A DNA stretch of 64,000 bases from Heterodontus francisci (taxonomy: Eukaryota): the NCBI RefSeq assembly GCF_036365525.1, contig NC_090397.1, positions 35,221,679 through 35,285,678 of the forward strand, read 5' to 3'. Shown here piece by piece: positions 1 to 12,839 of the stretch (positions are counted from its first letter, which is position 1; each line of letters starts with the position of its first letter). Position numbers and translations under genes: made by a program. The notes under the pieces are model-generated. The model saw nothing but the letters and a program-made list of their open reading frames with translations, searched no databases and was not told where the DNA came from.

Positions 1-180
1 GCTGGTTGTTGCAGGATAAATGATGCTTTAATGTGAATAGATGCCAAACAGTTGATATCATTTTACAAGGAATGTAATTGATATAATAATGATTATTACA
101 ATGACTACAGTCTAGACTATATATGCTATTAATGCAAGTTGATTTTGCTTGCAACGTAAGGTCTGTCTACAAGATAGGAA

Positions 181-1400
181 AGAGCCCTTTCCTATCCTGA
201 GTGGTGTGAAACAGGGCTGTGTTCTCGCACCCACACTTTTTGGGATTTTCTTCTCCCTGCTGCTTTCACATGCGTTCAAATCCTCTGAAGAAGGAATTTT
301 CCTCCACACAAGATCAGGGGGCAGGTTGCTCAACCTTGCCCGTCTAAGAGCGAAGTCCAAAGTACGGAAAGTCCTCATCAGAGAACTCCTCTTTGCTGAC
401 GATGCTGCTTTAACATCTCACACTGAAGAGTGTCTGCAGAGTCTCATCGACAGGTTTGCGGCTGCCTGCAATGAATTTGGACTAACCATCAGCCTCAAGA
501 AAACGAACATCATGGGGCAGGACATCAGAAATGCTCCATCCATCAATATTGGCGACCACGCTCTGGAAGTGGTTCAAGAGTTCACCTACCTAGGCTCAAC
601 TATCACCAGTAACCTGTCTCTAGATGCAGAAATCAACAAGCGCATGGGTAAGGCTTCCACTGCTATGTCCAGACTGGCCAAGAGAGTGTGGGAAAATGGC
701 ACACTGACACGGAACACAAAAGTCCGAGTGTATCAGGCCTGTGTCCTCAGTACCTTGCTCTACGGCAGCGAGGCCTGGACAACGTATGCCAGCCAAGAGC
801 GACATCTCAATTCATTCCATCTTCGCTGCCTTCAGAGAATACTTGGCATCAGGTGGCAGGACTATATCTCCAACACAGAAGTCCTTGAAGCGGCCAACAC
901 CCCCAGCTTATACACACTACTGAGTCAGCGGCGCTTGAGATGGCTTGGCCATGTGAGCCGCATGGAAGATGGCAGGATCCCCAAAGACACATTGTACAGT
1001 GAGCTCGCCACTGGTATCAGACCCACCGGCCGTCCATGTCTCCGCTATAAAGACGTCTGCAAACGCGACATGAAATCGTGTGACATTGATCACAAGTCGT
1101 GGGAGTCAGTTGCCAGCATTCGCCAGAGGTGGCGGGCAGCCATAAAGACAGGGCTAAATTGTGGCGAGTCGAAGAGACTTAGTAGTTGGCAGGAAAAAAG
1201 ACAGAGGCGCAAGGGGAGAGCCAACTGTGCAACAGCCCCGACAAACAAATTTCTCTGCAGCACCTGTGGAAGAGCCTGTCACTCCAGAATTGGCCTTTAT
1301 AGCCACTCCAGGCGCTGCTTCACAAACCACTGACCACCTCCAGGCGCATATCCATTGTCTCTCGAGATAAGGAGGCCCAAAAGAAGAAAAAAAGAAGAAA
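181..1400 (+). mobile_element. RTE-clade LINE, 5'-truncated
   Basis: Uninterrupted ORF 149-1333 with RT motifs GVKQGCVLAPTLF and LLFADDAAL, YLGS, RRLRWLGHV, and a C-terminal CxxC..H zinc finger (CSTCGRACHSRIGLYSH). Short 3' UTR ending in an AAG-rich tail near 1380-1400. Confidence 0.93.
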
Positions 1401-1452
1401 GACAAGGTTTCACTTCAGATAATCGAGCTGACAGTGTTGAGAATGTTGAGAA

Positions 1453-2657
1453 TGGTAGTAAAATGAGTATGTTACTGGACTCATAATCGCAGAGGCCTGC
1501 ACTAATGATCTGGAAGCATAAGTTCACATCCCACCATGGGAGCTGGGGAATTTGAATTCAGTTGACTAAATATGTCTGTGTTATGGCCCGGTGAGAAAGG
1601 TGTCTGGGGGCCCTTCTCAGCCTTCACCTGGTCTTACCCAACAGGGTTTAGTTTTAAACACACCATGTTTTTAGCTCCCCCTTAGTGAATCCTTGTTCAC
1701 CACTTTCCAATTATAAGGCAAAGAAACCAGGACAAATAGGTTTTCTTCGGTTTAAAGAAGAAACGTTGAAATTTATTAAACTTAAACCCTAATTCGGTTG
1801 ACGCCTACAGATACACGACACGGCCACAATAGCATTCATATGTGATACCCACATGCAAAAAGAGATAGAATAGAGCAGAAGAAATAAAGTGCAAAAAGTT
1901 TGAGGCAATATCTGAAGAGTTTTTGTTACAGTTCCTCGAGCTCACTGTAGAGTCCTTGTAGGTAGATCTTGCTTTTCTTTGGGACCCAGTATTCTTCTGA
2001 AACCTTGTTTGCTGTAGGAGACTTGTGCCTTCAGTGGATTCAGAGGCTTATGAGAAAGAGAGGGGAGCATGCAGGAGAGATCTTCTCAGTCCAGGAGCAA
2101 ACAGTCTTTCTGAGTTCAAACTCTGTGTGGCCAGTTCAAAAGAAAATCCTGGAACAGTCAGTTAGTCTAACCAGTCCTGGCCCTTGTGGATTGTATCCTC
2201 CTTCGCATGCCCTGGAATGTGCTTCCTCACCTTTGATGTCTGTTAGTATGTAAATGTTTTTTTCCAGCCACGGCTGATCTGTTTAACAAGTCATTTCCTC
2301 GCTCCAACAACAGTTAAAAATCAATGTTCATGACAAAATTGATGTGCCTCATTCTTGGCAGGTTGGGACCTAGCGTGACAGTCTGGAATACAAAAAAAAA
2401 AGATATTATCAGTAATGGTGACCATAAAACTACCACACATCAAAAAAAATCTGGTTCACTCATCTCCTTTAGGGAAGGAAATCAGCCTTCCTTACCTGGT
2501 CTGGCCTCTATGTGAATCCAGACCCACAGCAATTTAATTGACTCTTAACTGCCCCCTGAAATGGCCTAGTAAGAAGGCAGTTCAACATTACCTTTTCAAA
2601 GGCAATAAATGCTGGCCTTGCCAGGAACAGCCACATCCTATGAATGAAAAAAAGAAA
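1453..2657 (+). mobile_element. tRNA-derived SINE (family S1), split by a solo LTR
   Basis: The halves 1453-1578 and 2381-2657 align with the intact copy at 3378-3763 (gttcaaatccc-type B box, tagggaaggaaatc, ggcaataaatgctggcc tail). Confidence 0.85.
1579..2380 (-). mobile_element. Solo LTR of the Gmr1-like family (LTR-A)
   Basis: TG...CA ends and 5-bp TSD GTCTG (1574-1578 / 2381-2385). Reverse complement matches the LTRs at 37982 and 43980. Confidence 0.92.
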
Positions 2658-3377
2658 AGTAGATAATTTATTTTCCGAGTTAACAGAATAAATTATTTAA
2701 AAATTGAACTAAAATTAATGGCATTTTAAAGTTTTAAATTGTTAAGCAGTGTAATAAACCACAATGGTATATGCAATCAATTATTTGGTATCCAAAATGT
2801 TTCATTGCATTGCACTTCTGCACACCATATATATATGAAAACGTGATGTAAGGTATATTGCTACAAGGTATACACAAATGAAAATGTGTTTTTGACATTA
2901 ATTATGTAAGTTTGTAATTACTGCCTTGTGCCTGAGGCAAGGTGCATGAATGGTGCCTGAATCAATAGCTAGTAATAGAATTAATTCCAAAGTAGTACTC
3001 TGTACGTTTTACACATGCTTTTATTTGGTTACATTTTTCACATATACACACCTACTTTTGGTAATATAGTCAATTAAGGAGTGTTGGTGATTATAGTCAT
3101 CTTAAACAAAAAATAAACATGCTTAAGTCCTTCTGACTTATGACCCTATCCCTTTAACAGTTACAGGCATATTATCACACCCTATTTGAAAATGGTACAA
3201 TGTCAGGAATAACCCATTAAACTAAAACTTCGGAAACATTAATATAAGTTACAGCAAATAGCTGCAGCAACTGGAGTTATAATACCATAATATAGTACAA
3301 TGTTCCAAAGTAGAGTGTACTCAGTGCTATAGTCCAGAAAGATGGGTGATGAAGGGTAAACTACAGCCAATCTTCAT

Positions 3378-3763
3378 GGTGGCCCAGTGCAAATATCATG
3401 GAGCTAATAATCCAGAGGCCCAGGTTAATAACCTGGGGACATTGGTTCAAATCCCACCATGGCAGCTGGTGGAATTTAAATTCAATTAATTAATGAAAAA
3501 CCTTTATTTGAAAGCTAGTCTCAGACTATCATCGATTGTTGTAAAAACCCATCTGGCTCAATAATGTTCTTTAGGGAAGGAAATCTGCTGTCCTTACCTG
3601 GTCTGGCCTACATGTGACTTCAGACCCACAGCAATGTTGTTGACTCTTCCCTCTGAAATGGCCCAGCAAGCCACTCAGTTGTAGGTGGCTCAAGGGCAAT
3701 TAGTGATGGGCAATAAATGTTGGCCCTGCCAGCGATGCTCACATCTTAAGAACAAATAAAAAA
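3378..3763 (+). mobile_element. tRNA-derived SINE (family S1)
   Basis: A-box-like ggtggcccagtg and B box ggttcaaatccc. 3' tail gggcaattagtgatgggcaataaatg is shared with the L2-group LINE. A-rich end. Confidence 0.88.
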
Positions 3764-3870
3764 ACGTACACTTTTATAAGCATTTATTTACAAAGATACG
3801 CATTACAAACACGCACCTCCTCATCCAACAACCACTGTTCCTTTTTATGGGGTCACAAATTAATCCCTAA

Positions 3871-4823
3871 TGTTATGACCGAGGTGGGAGGAGTGCACTG
3901 TTTATTCTAGTTCCACTTCTCCATGGGTCGCAACATATATTTAGATTTTTTCCCACTTACCGATACAGTCAACCATAGACTCTATTTTTATCGTGGAATA
4001 AAACACCAACCAGGTTTATTTAATAAACAACAAAATTATCAGTTTATTATAAAACAAGCCTTAACCAATAATGAAGTAAAGCATAAACACACAGATTGAA
4101 ATATTAATGCTGCCTTTTTTCTTAGCCCCTCACACTCACACACACACAGAAACCGGTTAACCGGAAAAATAAAGGGATTTGCGTTTTAGAGCTCTTTTCC
4201 AAAAAAAATGACCAAAAAAACCACTTGGATTAAATACTTGCTAGTTCTTGAAGAAGAAAGAGTAGATATGGAAAGATGTCCTTTGTTTTGGTTTGGCATC
4301 CCATATGCGTATAGACAGTTGTCACTGGGATCTTCCTGGAACAGTTCTTTTCAGGCGATATTGAAGTTTGGGTAGGCTTCCAGGAAATGCAGCAACAGAG
4401 TTTCAGACAAAGGCCTTACAGGAGAAATATAGCCTCAGTTTCAGTCTGCTTCTTACACTCGCTTTTCAGCTCCTCGAGAGATGGAAAACTGGCAGGCTTT
4501 TACCGAACTGCTGGAACAGACTGAGTTGGGGTGGCTTGTTCTTCTTGGTAAGTTTTCTCCAATGGTCTTTTCAAACCATTGTCCATATCCCAGCTCACTG
4601 TCCAAAGCAAAACCATAAACAATGTCAAAAGAGACAATCCTCCTGACCTCCATAAATCTTGACCTGTCACTTCTCTGTAAACATCTTCCCCAAGTCAAAA
4701 ACAACCCCTGCTGGGTAATTATTGAAAACATGGCCCTCCAGTTTTCCCAAAATAAACCAATGTCCAGCTCTAAAATACGAGTCCTCACAAAAAATACTTA
4801 GAAATGTAGAAACACTCGTAACA
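3871..4823 (-). mobile_element. Solo LTR, family B
   Basis: tgttatgac...cgtaaca termini. The first ~250 bp are the reverse complement of the end of 20362-21427. TSD not clear. Confidence 0.78.
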
Positions 4824-4835
4824 CCAGTTAATGCA

Positions 4836-5094
4836 TGTTGCGTGATTGTCTTTAAGAGTGATGTCCCTTTAAGGTCTTAATATGCTAATTAGTCAAGTAG
4901 CAGGACACAGTCATATGACTACATGCCAATCTAGCTCTGCTACTGTAGCACCTAGAGACAAGTCATGCAAATAGTTAGCTCTGCACTGTATATACTTGTT
5001 AGCTGTTGATAAACTTGTTTGAGATCTTCAATCAACTGAACTCCACACATCTCATTTCTGATGCATCAGACAACATAAGAAGCTTCTCACCACA
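4836..5094. mobile_element. Short solo LTR, family C (259 bp)
   Basis: tgttg...cacca-ca termini flanked by a near-TSD ATGCA/ATGCG. Has a gtcatatgac palindrome like the gtcacatgac in other LTRs here. Confidence 0.6.
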
Positions 5095-6171
5095 ATGCGC
5101 ACTACCTGCATACAAGTAAATACAATTAATATACAATTAACACTTAGCAGGTACAATTTTCGCTCTAAAATGTAGCCTTGTTTACTGTTTGATTCAAAAG
5201 TATTCTGTTGGGATAATCGCATCCCAATTTTCTGCAGTGAATGCATATAAAAGATTCTGATGATTGATGCTACACATGACTGACTGTTTGCATTGTCAAT
5301 CACCGGCATTCATAAATTGTTTGTGTGACTTTCAGGAAAACACAAAAGTCATAGATAGAAAAAAGTTCTATGTGATTTCAACCCTAAATTAAAATGATGT
5401 TGATTGCGTGTAAGCATCAGGCCAGTTTTAAACCTCTTTTTGTCTGATTGGGTTAACATGAATTTCAGTTGGAGCCAGAATTGATCTGGTGAGTCTAGCT
5501 CACTCACTTTGAGGTCAGCACCACCCAAACTTGAATCATTTTATGGATTTTTACCTCTCACACACATTTTCTGCAATATAAAGGCTTAAATATGTCTTCA
5601 GCATGACAAAAATGAATCAAGTCTCTCTCCAATAATGTTAGTCCCTACCCAACCTACAAACTAAGTATTTCAGTTTAGATTCTGAAATCAATTATTTGGT
5701 TGTATTTATCAAAAAAATCTAGATTCTATTTCAGTCTCAGCCCCTCTGTGCTCCACAGTCTGGTTTATTGTCCCCAACGCCCTTTCAGTAACCCTATTCT
5801 CTTCTTTTGTTTTATCAACACTCAATCCTTTTTAAAATCTGTATTTTCTTTTCACTTCCTCTTTCATCTTCCTGTCTCATACACCAGTTCCCCATGTGAC
5901 ACACCCCTGTTTCCCTGCTTCTCCTGATCTTCAAAAAGCTGGTAGGAGTTGTCAAGGTGATTGGTTCTCTGATATTCTTTCCAATAGGAAACTACCTAAT
6001 TTCAAGTTGAAAGCTTGTTGCTGTTGTGACCATTGCTTGGATTTAAAACTTACCAAGTGTCCAACCACTCTTGATGAAGGCTGCTTGAGCACTGATGAGC
6101 TGCACCATTCAATTATGTTAATGCTGTTCTATGACTGGCTATTAGGAATTAAGAGGGGCCTTGGTTGGTCA

Positions 6172-6879
6172 TGCAGTGAATTTCATGCTGGAGGCGGGGG
6201 TCTTGAAGCGGGGGAAACTGACGCTGAGATCTCCGTGTTGCCACTTCTATGGAAGGCCCACTGAATTTAGTGCCAATCAGGCACTTAACTGGACAGCGTC
6301 AGGCCTTTCATAGGATTTAGAACCCCATCGCCAGAAGTCCCGGCTTTGCAGAGCTGCTGGCCAATCAGAGGCTGGCAGCTGCAGCGCCACCATGGAGGCG
6401 GTGGCTGCTGCTGTGGCTGCAGCAACCAGACACTGAGGAGTGGCGTTGGAACCAGACTTGAGGTAGGTCAAGGCAGGAGGGGTCTTGTGGGGTGGTGGTC
6501 GAGGGCTGGAGGAGGGGGATTGACAGCAAGGGCAGGGGGGGGGGTAGTGGTCATCAGCCTCTGAATGAAGGAATCCCCCCAATTCCACCTCCGGAGCTGG
6601 GAATCAGCCTGCATGGTTTTTCATGCCGTGTTTCCCGTGGGGCAACAGCGCCGCCTGCTTCACGGCTAATTGTGGCTGCGGTGGGAAGAGGCCCTTAATT
6701 TGAGGTTAATTACCCAGTTAAGGGCCTCAACTGGCGGTGGACAGGTAGGCCATTCACAGGCCCCCACCCTGGACTTAATTTCGGCGCAGATGGGGTCCCC
6801 CCCACCGCCAGCATCCCACCTGATTTTATGCTCCCCCCACCCCCAAACCCGCTGCTCAGGAGAGCATAAAACTCCACCC
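6172..6879. mobile_element. GC-rich non-autonomous PIF/Harbinger-type element (MITE)
   Basis: Degenerate TIRs (gtgaatttcatgct ... agcataaaactccaccc). Internal motifs (ccaatcag, cacttaa, ggcccttaatt) shared with the MITE at 9455. Confidence 0.65.
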
Positions 6880-7574
6880 TATGTGTTCTTTAGCCTCCAT
6901 TTTGAAACTTTCCTCTAATTCTCATTCTAATTACTGAGCTAATGACAGTGCTGAACTGCTTAAAAACAGAATGCCTCCACAATGTTTGGCAGTCAAATAA
7001 CAGAGTAAATAACAAAGTAAAATAAGAGAAAGTTGCTATCTACACTCAACAAGGCAGTGGATAGACATCTATTGAAACATTTAACAGTCCCATTAATTCA
7101 ATTCTTTAATAATTATTATTTGCAACATTGGAAATTGGCATATTATATAAAACTCTTCGAAAATATTAATGTTTTGCTGCAGTATGTGTGCTGACATTTT
7201 AGAGATTTACATTTAAAATATTTTTTTAAAATATCATGAAGAGAATTGCTGTTGGAACTCCAGAAATCTCACTTATGCCCAGATCAGATGCACCTCAAAT
7301 TTGGGCACAAAGGAACATCAGCATCTTATTTACGTAAATGCAGCAAATTTGCATGAGCTGGTCTTTTGCAAATTATGGCATAGCAATGAAAATAACTGAG
7401 GATATCAGTGAATGTATCTCGAAAGCAGTGCAAGGAAATTCATGTGCAGGAATGTTTCAGTGTAAATAGCTATGCATGAACATTCTCAGAAAAAATTGGT
7501 ACAACACTTCTCTTACATGAGATTTCATGCCATCGTGTCCAATTTTGGGCACTGCACTTTAAGAAAAATGTCAA

Positions 7575-8350
7575 GGACATGGAGAAAGTGTGAAAGAGAT
7601 TCATTACATTGACCAATAGGATGTGAAGCTTTAGTTATGAGGGGAGATTGGAGAAACTGGGTGCTTTTCATTACGAGAAAGAAGGTTGGAGTTTATTTTA
7701 ACTTTCCATTAGCTAACCAGCAGAATGCAATCAAGCAGGCCAATTTTATCAGCAGCAAAGAGGTAGGAGCCACTTTGAGGCCCAGGCCTCATTTAAAAAC
7801 AACCAGCAAGCTTCACACACAATGCAGGCATTCTGATGCAGTTGCGAGACATTGGATGAAATTTAATGGGCCTTTGAGAGCAGGTTGGGAGGCAGGAGGG
7901 AGAAGGGATAAGTGGAGGGAAGGCAGGAGGGGAATGTTATGCCTGTTCCCTTCCCACCACCATGGTATTTTGCCCGTGGGGGGCAAGATGGCGGATGGCC
8001 CTCCCTCCCAGAGGCAAATTGAGGCCCTGACGTGGCCAAGTAAGGGCCTTATCTGACTGCCGCTGGAATTTACTTGTGGCGGGTGGTCCTCCACCATGTT
8101 GGGAGGCTACCAGGTAAACCCTCTGGTGGCCTCTTTGTGGGCTAGGGACTGGGGGCGCTCTGTGGCCGACGAAGGGCAACACAACCCCTGGCCTCACCTA
8201 CTACCCCTCTCCCCCACTCTTGCCGGGGCCAGTCAGGTAGGCCCCGGCAATCCTGATTCCACTTACCTTCGTCCGAGGGTGGCATCGCCCCTGGCTTTCT
8301 GGCCTGGCACCGGGGTCCCCGTTGTGCCAACAAAAATCACCGAATTGTTT
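7575..8350. mobile_element. Short CR1 remnant followed by a Harbinger-MITE-like GC-rich fragment
   Basis: 7575-7690 resembles the CR1 LEKVQKRF..SYEERLEKLG region. 7735-8350 has aattttat TIR-like and taagggcc motifs like neighbouring MITEs. Confidence 0.5.
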
Positions 8351-8728
8351 CAAAGTGATAATTGTGCATACTTGCGATTGGGTTACTCAGCTAAATTGTT
8401 GGTTGCTCTGTGAGACCAGCGATACCAGTTAGAAAATAAAGGGACTTTATGTTCCCATGAACAAAAACACAAGGGCTGTGGTTTTAAGAAGAACACAATA
8501 AATGGAGGATACAGAGAGGTGTCGAGGAATGTATGTCCACAGATCCCTGAAGGTAGCAGGACAGATCGATAAGGTGGTGAAGAAGGCATATGGAATCCTT
8601 TCCTTTATTAGCCAAGGCTTAGAATGTAAGAGTATGGAGGTTATGCTGGAACTATATAAGACATTAGTTAGCCCACAACTTGTGTGCAGTTCTGGTCACC
8701 TCATTATAGAAAGCATGTAATTGCACTG

Positions 8729-9124
8729 ATTGAGCAGGTGGGCCTATACCCATTGGAGTTTAGAAGAATGAGAGGGAATCTTACTGAAAAATAGAAGATC
8801 CTGAGGGGACTTGACAGAGTGGATTTTTAGAGGATGTTTCCCCTTGTGGGGGATTCTAGAACTAGGGGAGACAGTTTAAAAGTAAGGGGTCTCCTATTTA
8901 AGATGGAAAATAGGAGAAATGTTTTCTCTGAGGGTCATTAGTCTGTAGAATTCTCTTCCCCAGAGAGCAGTGATGACATATAATCAAGGCTGAGTTAGGT
9001 TGATTTTTGATCGACAACAAGGCAATCAAAGGTTATGGGGGACAGACAGGAAAGTGGAGTTGAGGCCACAATCAGATCGACCATGATCTTATCGAATGGC
9101 AAAGTAGGTTCGAGGGGTCGAGTG
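8729..9124 (+). mobile_element. CR1 fragment of another subfamily nested in a CR1
   Basis: Lies between duplicated GCACTG (8723-8728 / 9125-9130). Contains a CR1 ORF2 C-terminus and 3' UTR but no terminal microsatellite. Confidence 0.75.
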
Positions 9125-9454
9125 GCACTGGAGTGGGTACAGAGGAGATTTATGATAATGTTGCCAGGACTGGAAAATTGCAGCTATGAGGAAAGATTTG
9201 ATAGGCTGGGGTTGTTTTCCTTGGAACAGAGGTGGCTTAGGGTAGAGTTAATTGAGATGCACAAAATTGTGAGGGGTCTGGATAAATTGGATGTGAAGGG
9301 CCTATTTACCTTAGCAGAGAGATCAGTGACTAGGGGGCATAGATTTAAAGTGATTGGTAGAAGAATTAGAGGGGAGATGAGGAAAATCTTTTCACCCAGA
9401 GGGTGGTGGGGGTCTTAACTCACTGCCTGAAAGGGTGATAGAGGCAGAAAACCT

Positions 9455-10226
9455 CTGCTGGAATTTTGCATTGTGGTGGAGACCCTGCCCACTGACCAAA
9501 AAGTCAAGGGCGAGCCCGCTTCCGCCAGGCCTGGGAGCTATGCTATGATTTTACGTGGCCCAGGCCCTTAATTGGCCTCGGACGAGACATCCCCCACACT
9601 GAGGCAGAAAGTCCCGCCTCCAAGAGTTGATGGCCAATCAGTGGGTCGGCAGCTCTCAGTCCCCGCAGCGCCACTGGGAGTGGTTTGCCACTGCTGGGAC
9701 TGCAGCCAGGGAGAGGAGCAAGAGGGACAGCAGCCCAGTAAAAGGATAAGTTGGGGGGCCTTGCCAGGGACAATCAGCCGGACCCCGGCGAGGCAAGGGG
9801 GATTCGGTTGGGAGGGGCAGGGCTGTCTTTCAGGAGGGGTGGTTGGGCCGTGGGGGATTTCTCCGTGGGGCACAGGATGATGACCAGGAGGGTCTCCAAC
9901 CGCCTCCTCCTCCACCCCCACCAGCATGTCGGCCACCGGCCTTTACTGGGCGGCCTCCTGGGGGCCTGAGCCGCCTGCCGGCCACTGGTAAAATACCAGT
10001 GGCAGTGGGAGGAGGCCCTAAGTGGCTGTTGATTGGCCACTTAAGGGCCTTAATTAGCCTGGGGCGGGTAGGCCATTTCTCATCACCACCCCTCGTAAAA
10101 TTGCAGCGGTTGCGGGAAGGTGACAAAAACGCGACCTCCCCCCACCTCCCACTCTATTTTACATCCCCTTCACCTTCAGCTTGCTCCTGTGAGGCTGGGG
10201 GCAGGGGAAGCGTAAAATTCTGGCCC
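9455..10226. mobile_element. Harbinger-type MITE inserted in CR1
   Basis: TIR-like ends (ctggaattttgc / gtaaaattctggccc) and internal inverted ggcccttaa/ttaagggcc motifs. The CR1 sequence is contiguous across it. Confidence 0.8.
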
Positions 10227-10664
10227 TCATCTCATTTAAAAGGTGCCGAGATGTGCATCTGAGTGTTGTAACATGCAGGGCTATGGACCAAATGCTGGAC
10301 AGTGGGATTAGGCTTGGTGGCTCGTTTTATATCAGCCGATGTAGACACAATGGGCCAAGTCGCCTCTTTCTGTGCCACAAACATTCTATGATTCTATTAG
10401 AACATTCGTGTGCTGCACCATGTAGGAGGAGGATGCAGATGTTTACTCACAATTTTAAAAGGATAATCTGTGATCTCAGCTAGATTACTTTGAGAACAGA
10501 GGGAGGAAATGAGAGAGAAAGCCACCTTGTAAAGTTCCTGCATACTTTCTGCTGCCTGGCTATAGAATGGTTGGGACAGAGACAGCGAGCAGATTGCTTG
10601 CCTATCACATTTCATGGGAAGTTGTAAAACAAAGGGTTGTACAAGTTTGACAAGTGTTGTACAA

Positions 10665-10930
10665 ACACTCCCAGATCTATCAAGGCATCTAAACCTCATC
10701 TTCAAAAGTCCAATGGCCTGTTTGATGGTGGCCCTTATAGTCATATGGCAGCAGTTGTTTGTGTCCTCTGCCTGTGTGTTGGGGTCAGAAGCCATGTCCT
10801 CAGTGGATACCCCTTGTTCCCCCAGTATCCAGCCAGAAAGATGTTCCCGTAGCCTGAACAGCTGAGGCAATTGGGACAGTCTAAGTAAGCAGGAGTCATG
10901 CCAGGTTCCTGGAAACCTCGCGCACACCTA
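10665..10930 (-). pseudogene. Harbinger (HARBI1-like DDE) transposase fragment
   Basis: CARFPGTWHDS, KGYPLRTWLLTP and IKQAIGLLKMRFRCLDRSG match the Harbinger DDE core. Frameshifted. Confidence 0.88.
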
Positions 10931-10954
10931 TATAATCCATTTATGGTAGTCTCG

Positions 10955-12165
10955 GGCGACTTGAACATTCAGGGAGTGGAATCCCTTCCTGTTCAAATTA
11001 GGTTAAGGGATAGGTCAATAGAGATGGAGTGGCCGACATTCAAGGGGATATTCCAGAATACACAGAATATATACATTCCAACGGGAAAGAAAAATTCCAA
11101 GGGGAGGACCCACCATCCATGGTTAACTAAAAAAGTTAAAGATAGTATCAAACTTAAAGAAAAAGCATATAATTGCGCAAAGATGGGTGGCAGGTCAGAT
11201 GATTGGACAGAATATAAAAAACAGTACAGAATGACAAAAAGATTAGTAAGGAGGGAAACATTAGAGTACGAGGAAAAGCTAAGCTAGACATATATAAACA
11301 GATACTAAGAGTTTCTACAGAAAGTTACAAAAGAGTTAACAAAGTGAGCATTTGTCCTATAGAAAGTGAGCCTGGGGAATTAATAAGGAAAAATAAGGAG
11401 ATGGCAGATGAATTGAACTGGTATTTTGCATCGGTCTTCACAATAGAGGATACAAGTAACATCCCAGTATTAGCTATAAGTCAGGAAATGGAAGGGAGGG
11501 AGGAACTCGAGAAAATTACAATCACCAGGGAAGTGGTACTGAACAAATTGTTGGAGCTGCGGGCTGACAAGTCCCCGGGTCCTGATGGACTTCATCCTCG
11601 GGTGTTAAAAGAAGTGGCTGGTGAGATAGTTGATGCGTTAGTTTTAATTTTCCAAAATTCCCTCGATTCAGGGAAGGTTCTGTAGATTGGAAAATAGTGA
11701 ATGTAACTCCTTTATTCAAAAAGGGAGGGAGACAGAAAGTACAGGCCAGTTAGCTTAACATCTGTCATAGGGAAAATGTTAGAGAAGCTATTATTAAAGA
11801 CGTTATAGCAGGACACTTAGAAAAATTCAAGGTCATCTGGCAAAGTCAACATGATTTTGTGAAAGGGAAATCATGTTTAACCAATTTATTGGAGTCTTTT
11901 GAGGGAGTTACATGTGGTGTGGATAAAGGGGAACCAGTGGATGGACTGTACTTCGATTTCTAGAAGGCATATGATAAGGTGCCACATCAAAGGTTATTGT
12001 GGAAAATAAAAGCTCATGGTGTAGGGGGTAACATATTGGCATGGATAGAAGATTGGCTCGCTAATAGCAAACAGAGAGTAGGCATAAATGGGTCATTTTC
12101 TATTTGGCAAGATGCAACGAGTGGTGTGCGACAGGGATCAGTTCTGGGACCTCAACGTTTTACAA
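10955..12165 (+). mobile_element. CR1 ORF2 fragment (endonuclease-RT linker and RT N-half)
   Basis: YFASVFT, DKSPGPDGLHPRVLKE, PHQRLLWKIKAHG and SGVRQGSVLGP, with stops and frameshifts. Confidence 0.9.
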
Positions 12166-12839
12166 TTTTAGAAAGCCTCCACAGTTTTGTCTGTGTTATA
12201 CAGGCCAGGAAGATCTCGCATTTGCCCCACAGTCTTTACTTAGATTGAAGGACAATATAGATGGGCTGATAAGATGGGCAGAGCAGTGGCAAATGGAATT
12301 TAATCTTGAGAAGTGTGAGATGATGCATTTTGGGAGGACTAAAGGCAAGGGAATATACAATGGGTGGTAGGACCCTAGGAGGTACAGAGGGTCAGAGGGA
12401 CCTTGGTGTACACTGAAGGCAGCAGCACAGGTTGATAAGGTGGTTAGGAAGGCATATGGGATACTTGCCTTTATTAGCCAAGGCACAGACTATAAGAGCA
12501 GGGAGGTTATGATAGAGCTGTATAAAACGCTAGTTCGGCCACAGCTGGAATACTGTGTCCAGTTCTGGTTGCCACACTATAGGAAGGATGTGATTGTACT
12601 GGAGAGGGTGCAGAGGAGATACACCAGGATGTTGCCTGGGCCGGAGCATTTCAGCTATGAAGAGAGACTGGATAGGCTAGGGTTGTTTTCCTTGGAGCAG
12701 AGAAGGCTGAGGGGGGACCTGATTGAGGTATACAAAATTATGAGGGGCATAGATAGGGTAGATAGAACAAAGAACAGTACAGCACAGGAACAGGCCATTC
12801 GGCCCTCCAAGCCTGTGCTGATCTTGATGCCTGCCGAAA

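Larger units (their letters stand above)
8495..10397 (+). mobile_element. CR1 LINE 3' portion, interrupted twice
   Basis: Peptides VHRSLKVAGQIDKVVKKAYGIL, ALEWVQRRF..LGLFSLEQR and TRGHRFKV. Sequence resumes at 10227 and ends in an (attctatg)n-type tail. Confidence 0.88.

Noticed and set aside
3378-3460. tRNA gene
   Set aside because: The A and B boxes belong to a SINE head, and no complete cloverleaf is evident.
6277-10262. Many overlapping Pro/Gly-rich ORFs
   Set aside because: By-products of GC-rich MITE sequence, with no recognisable domains.
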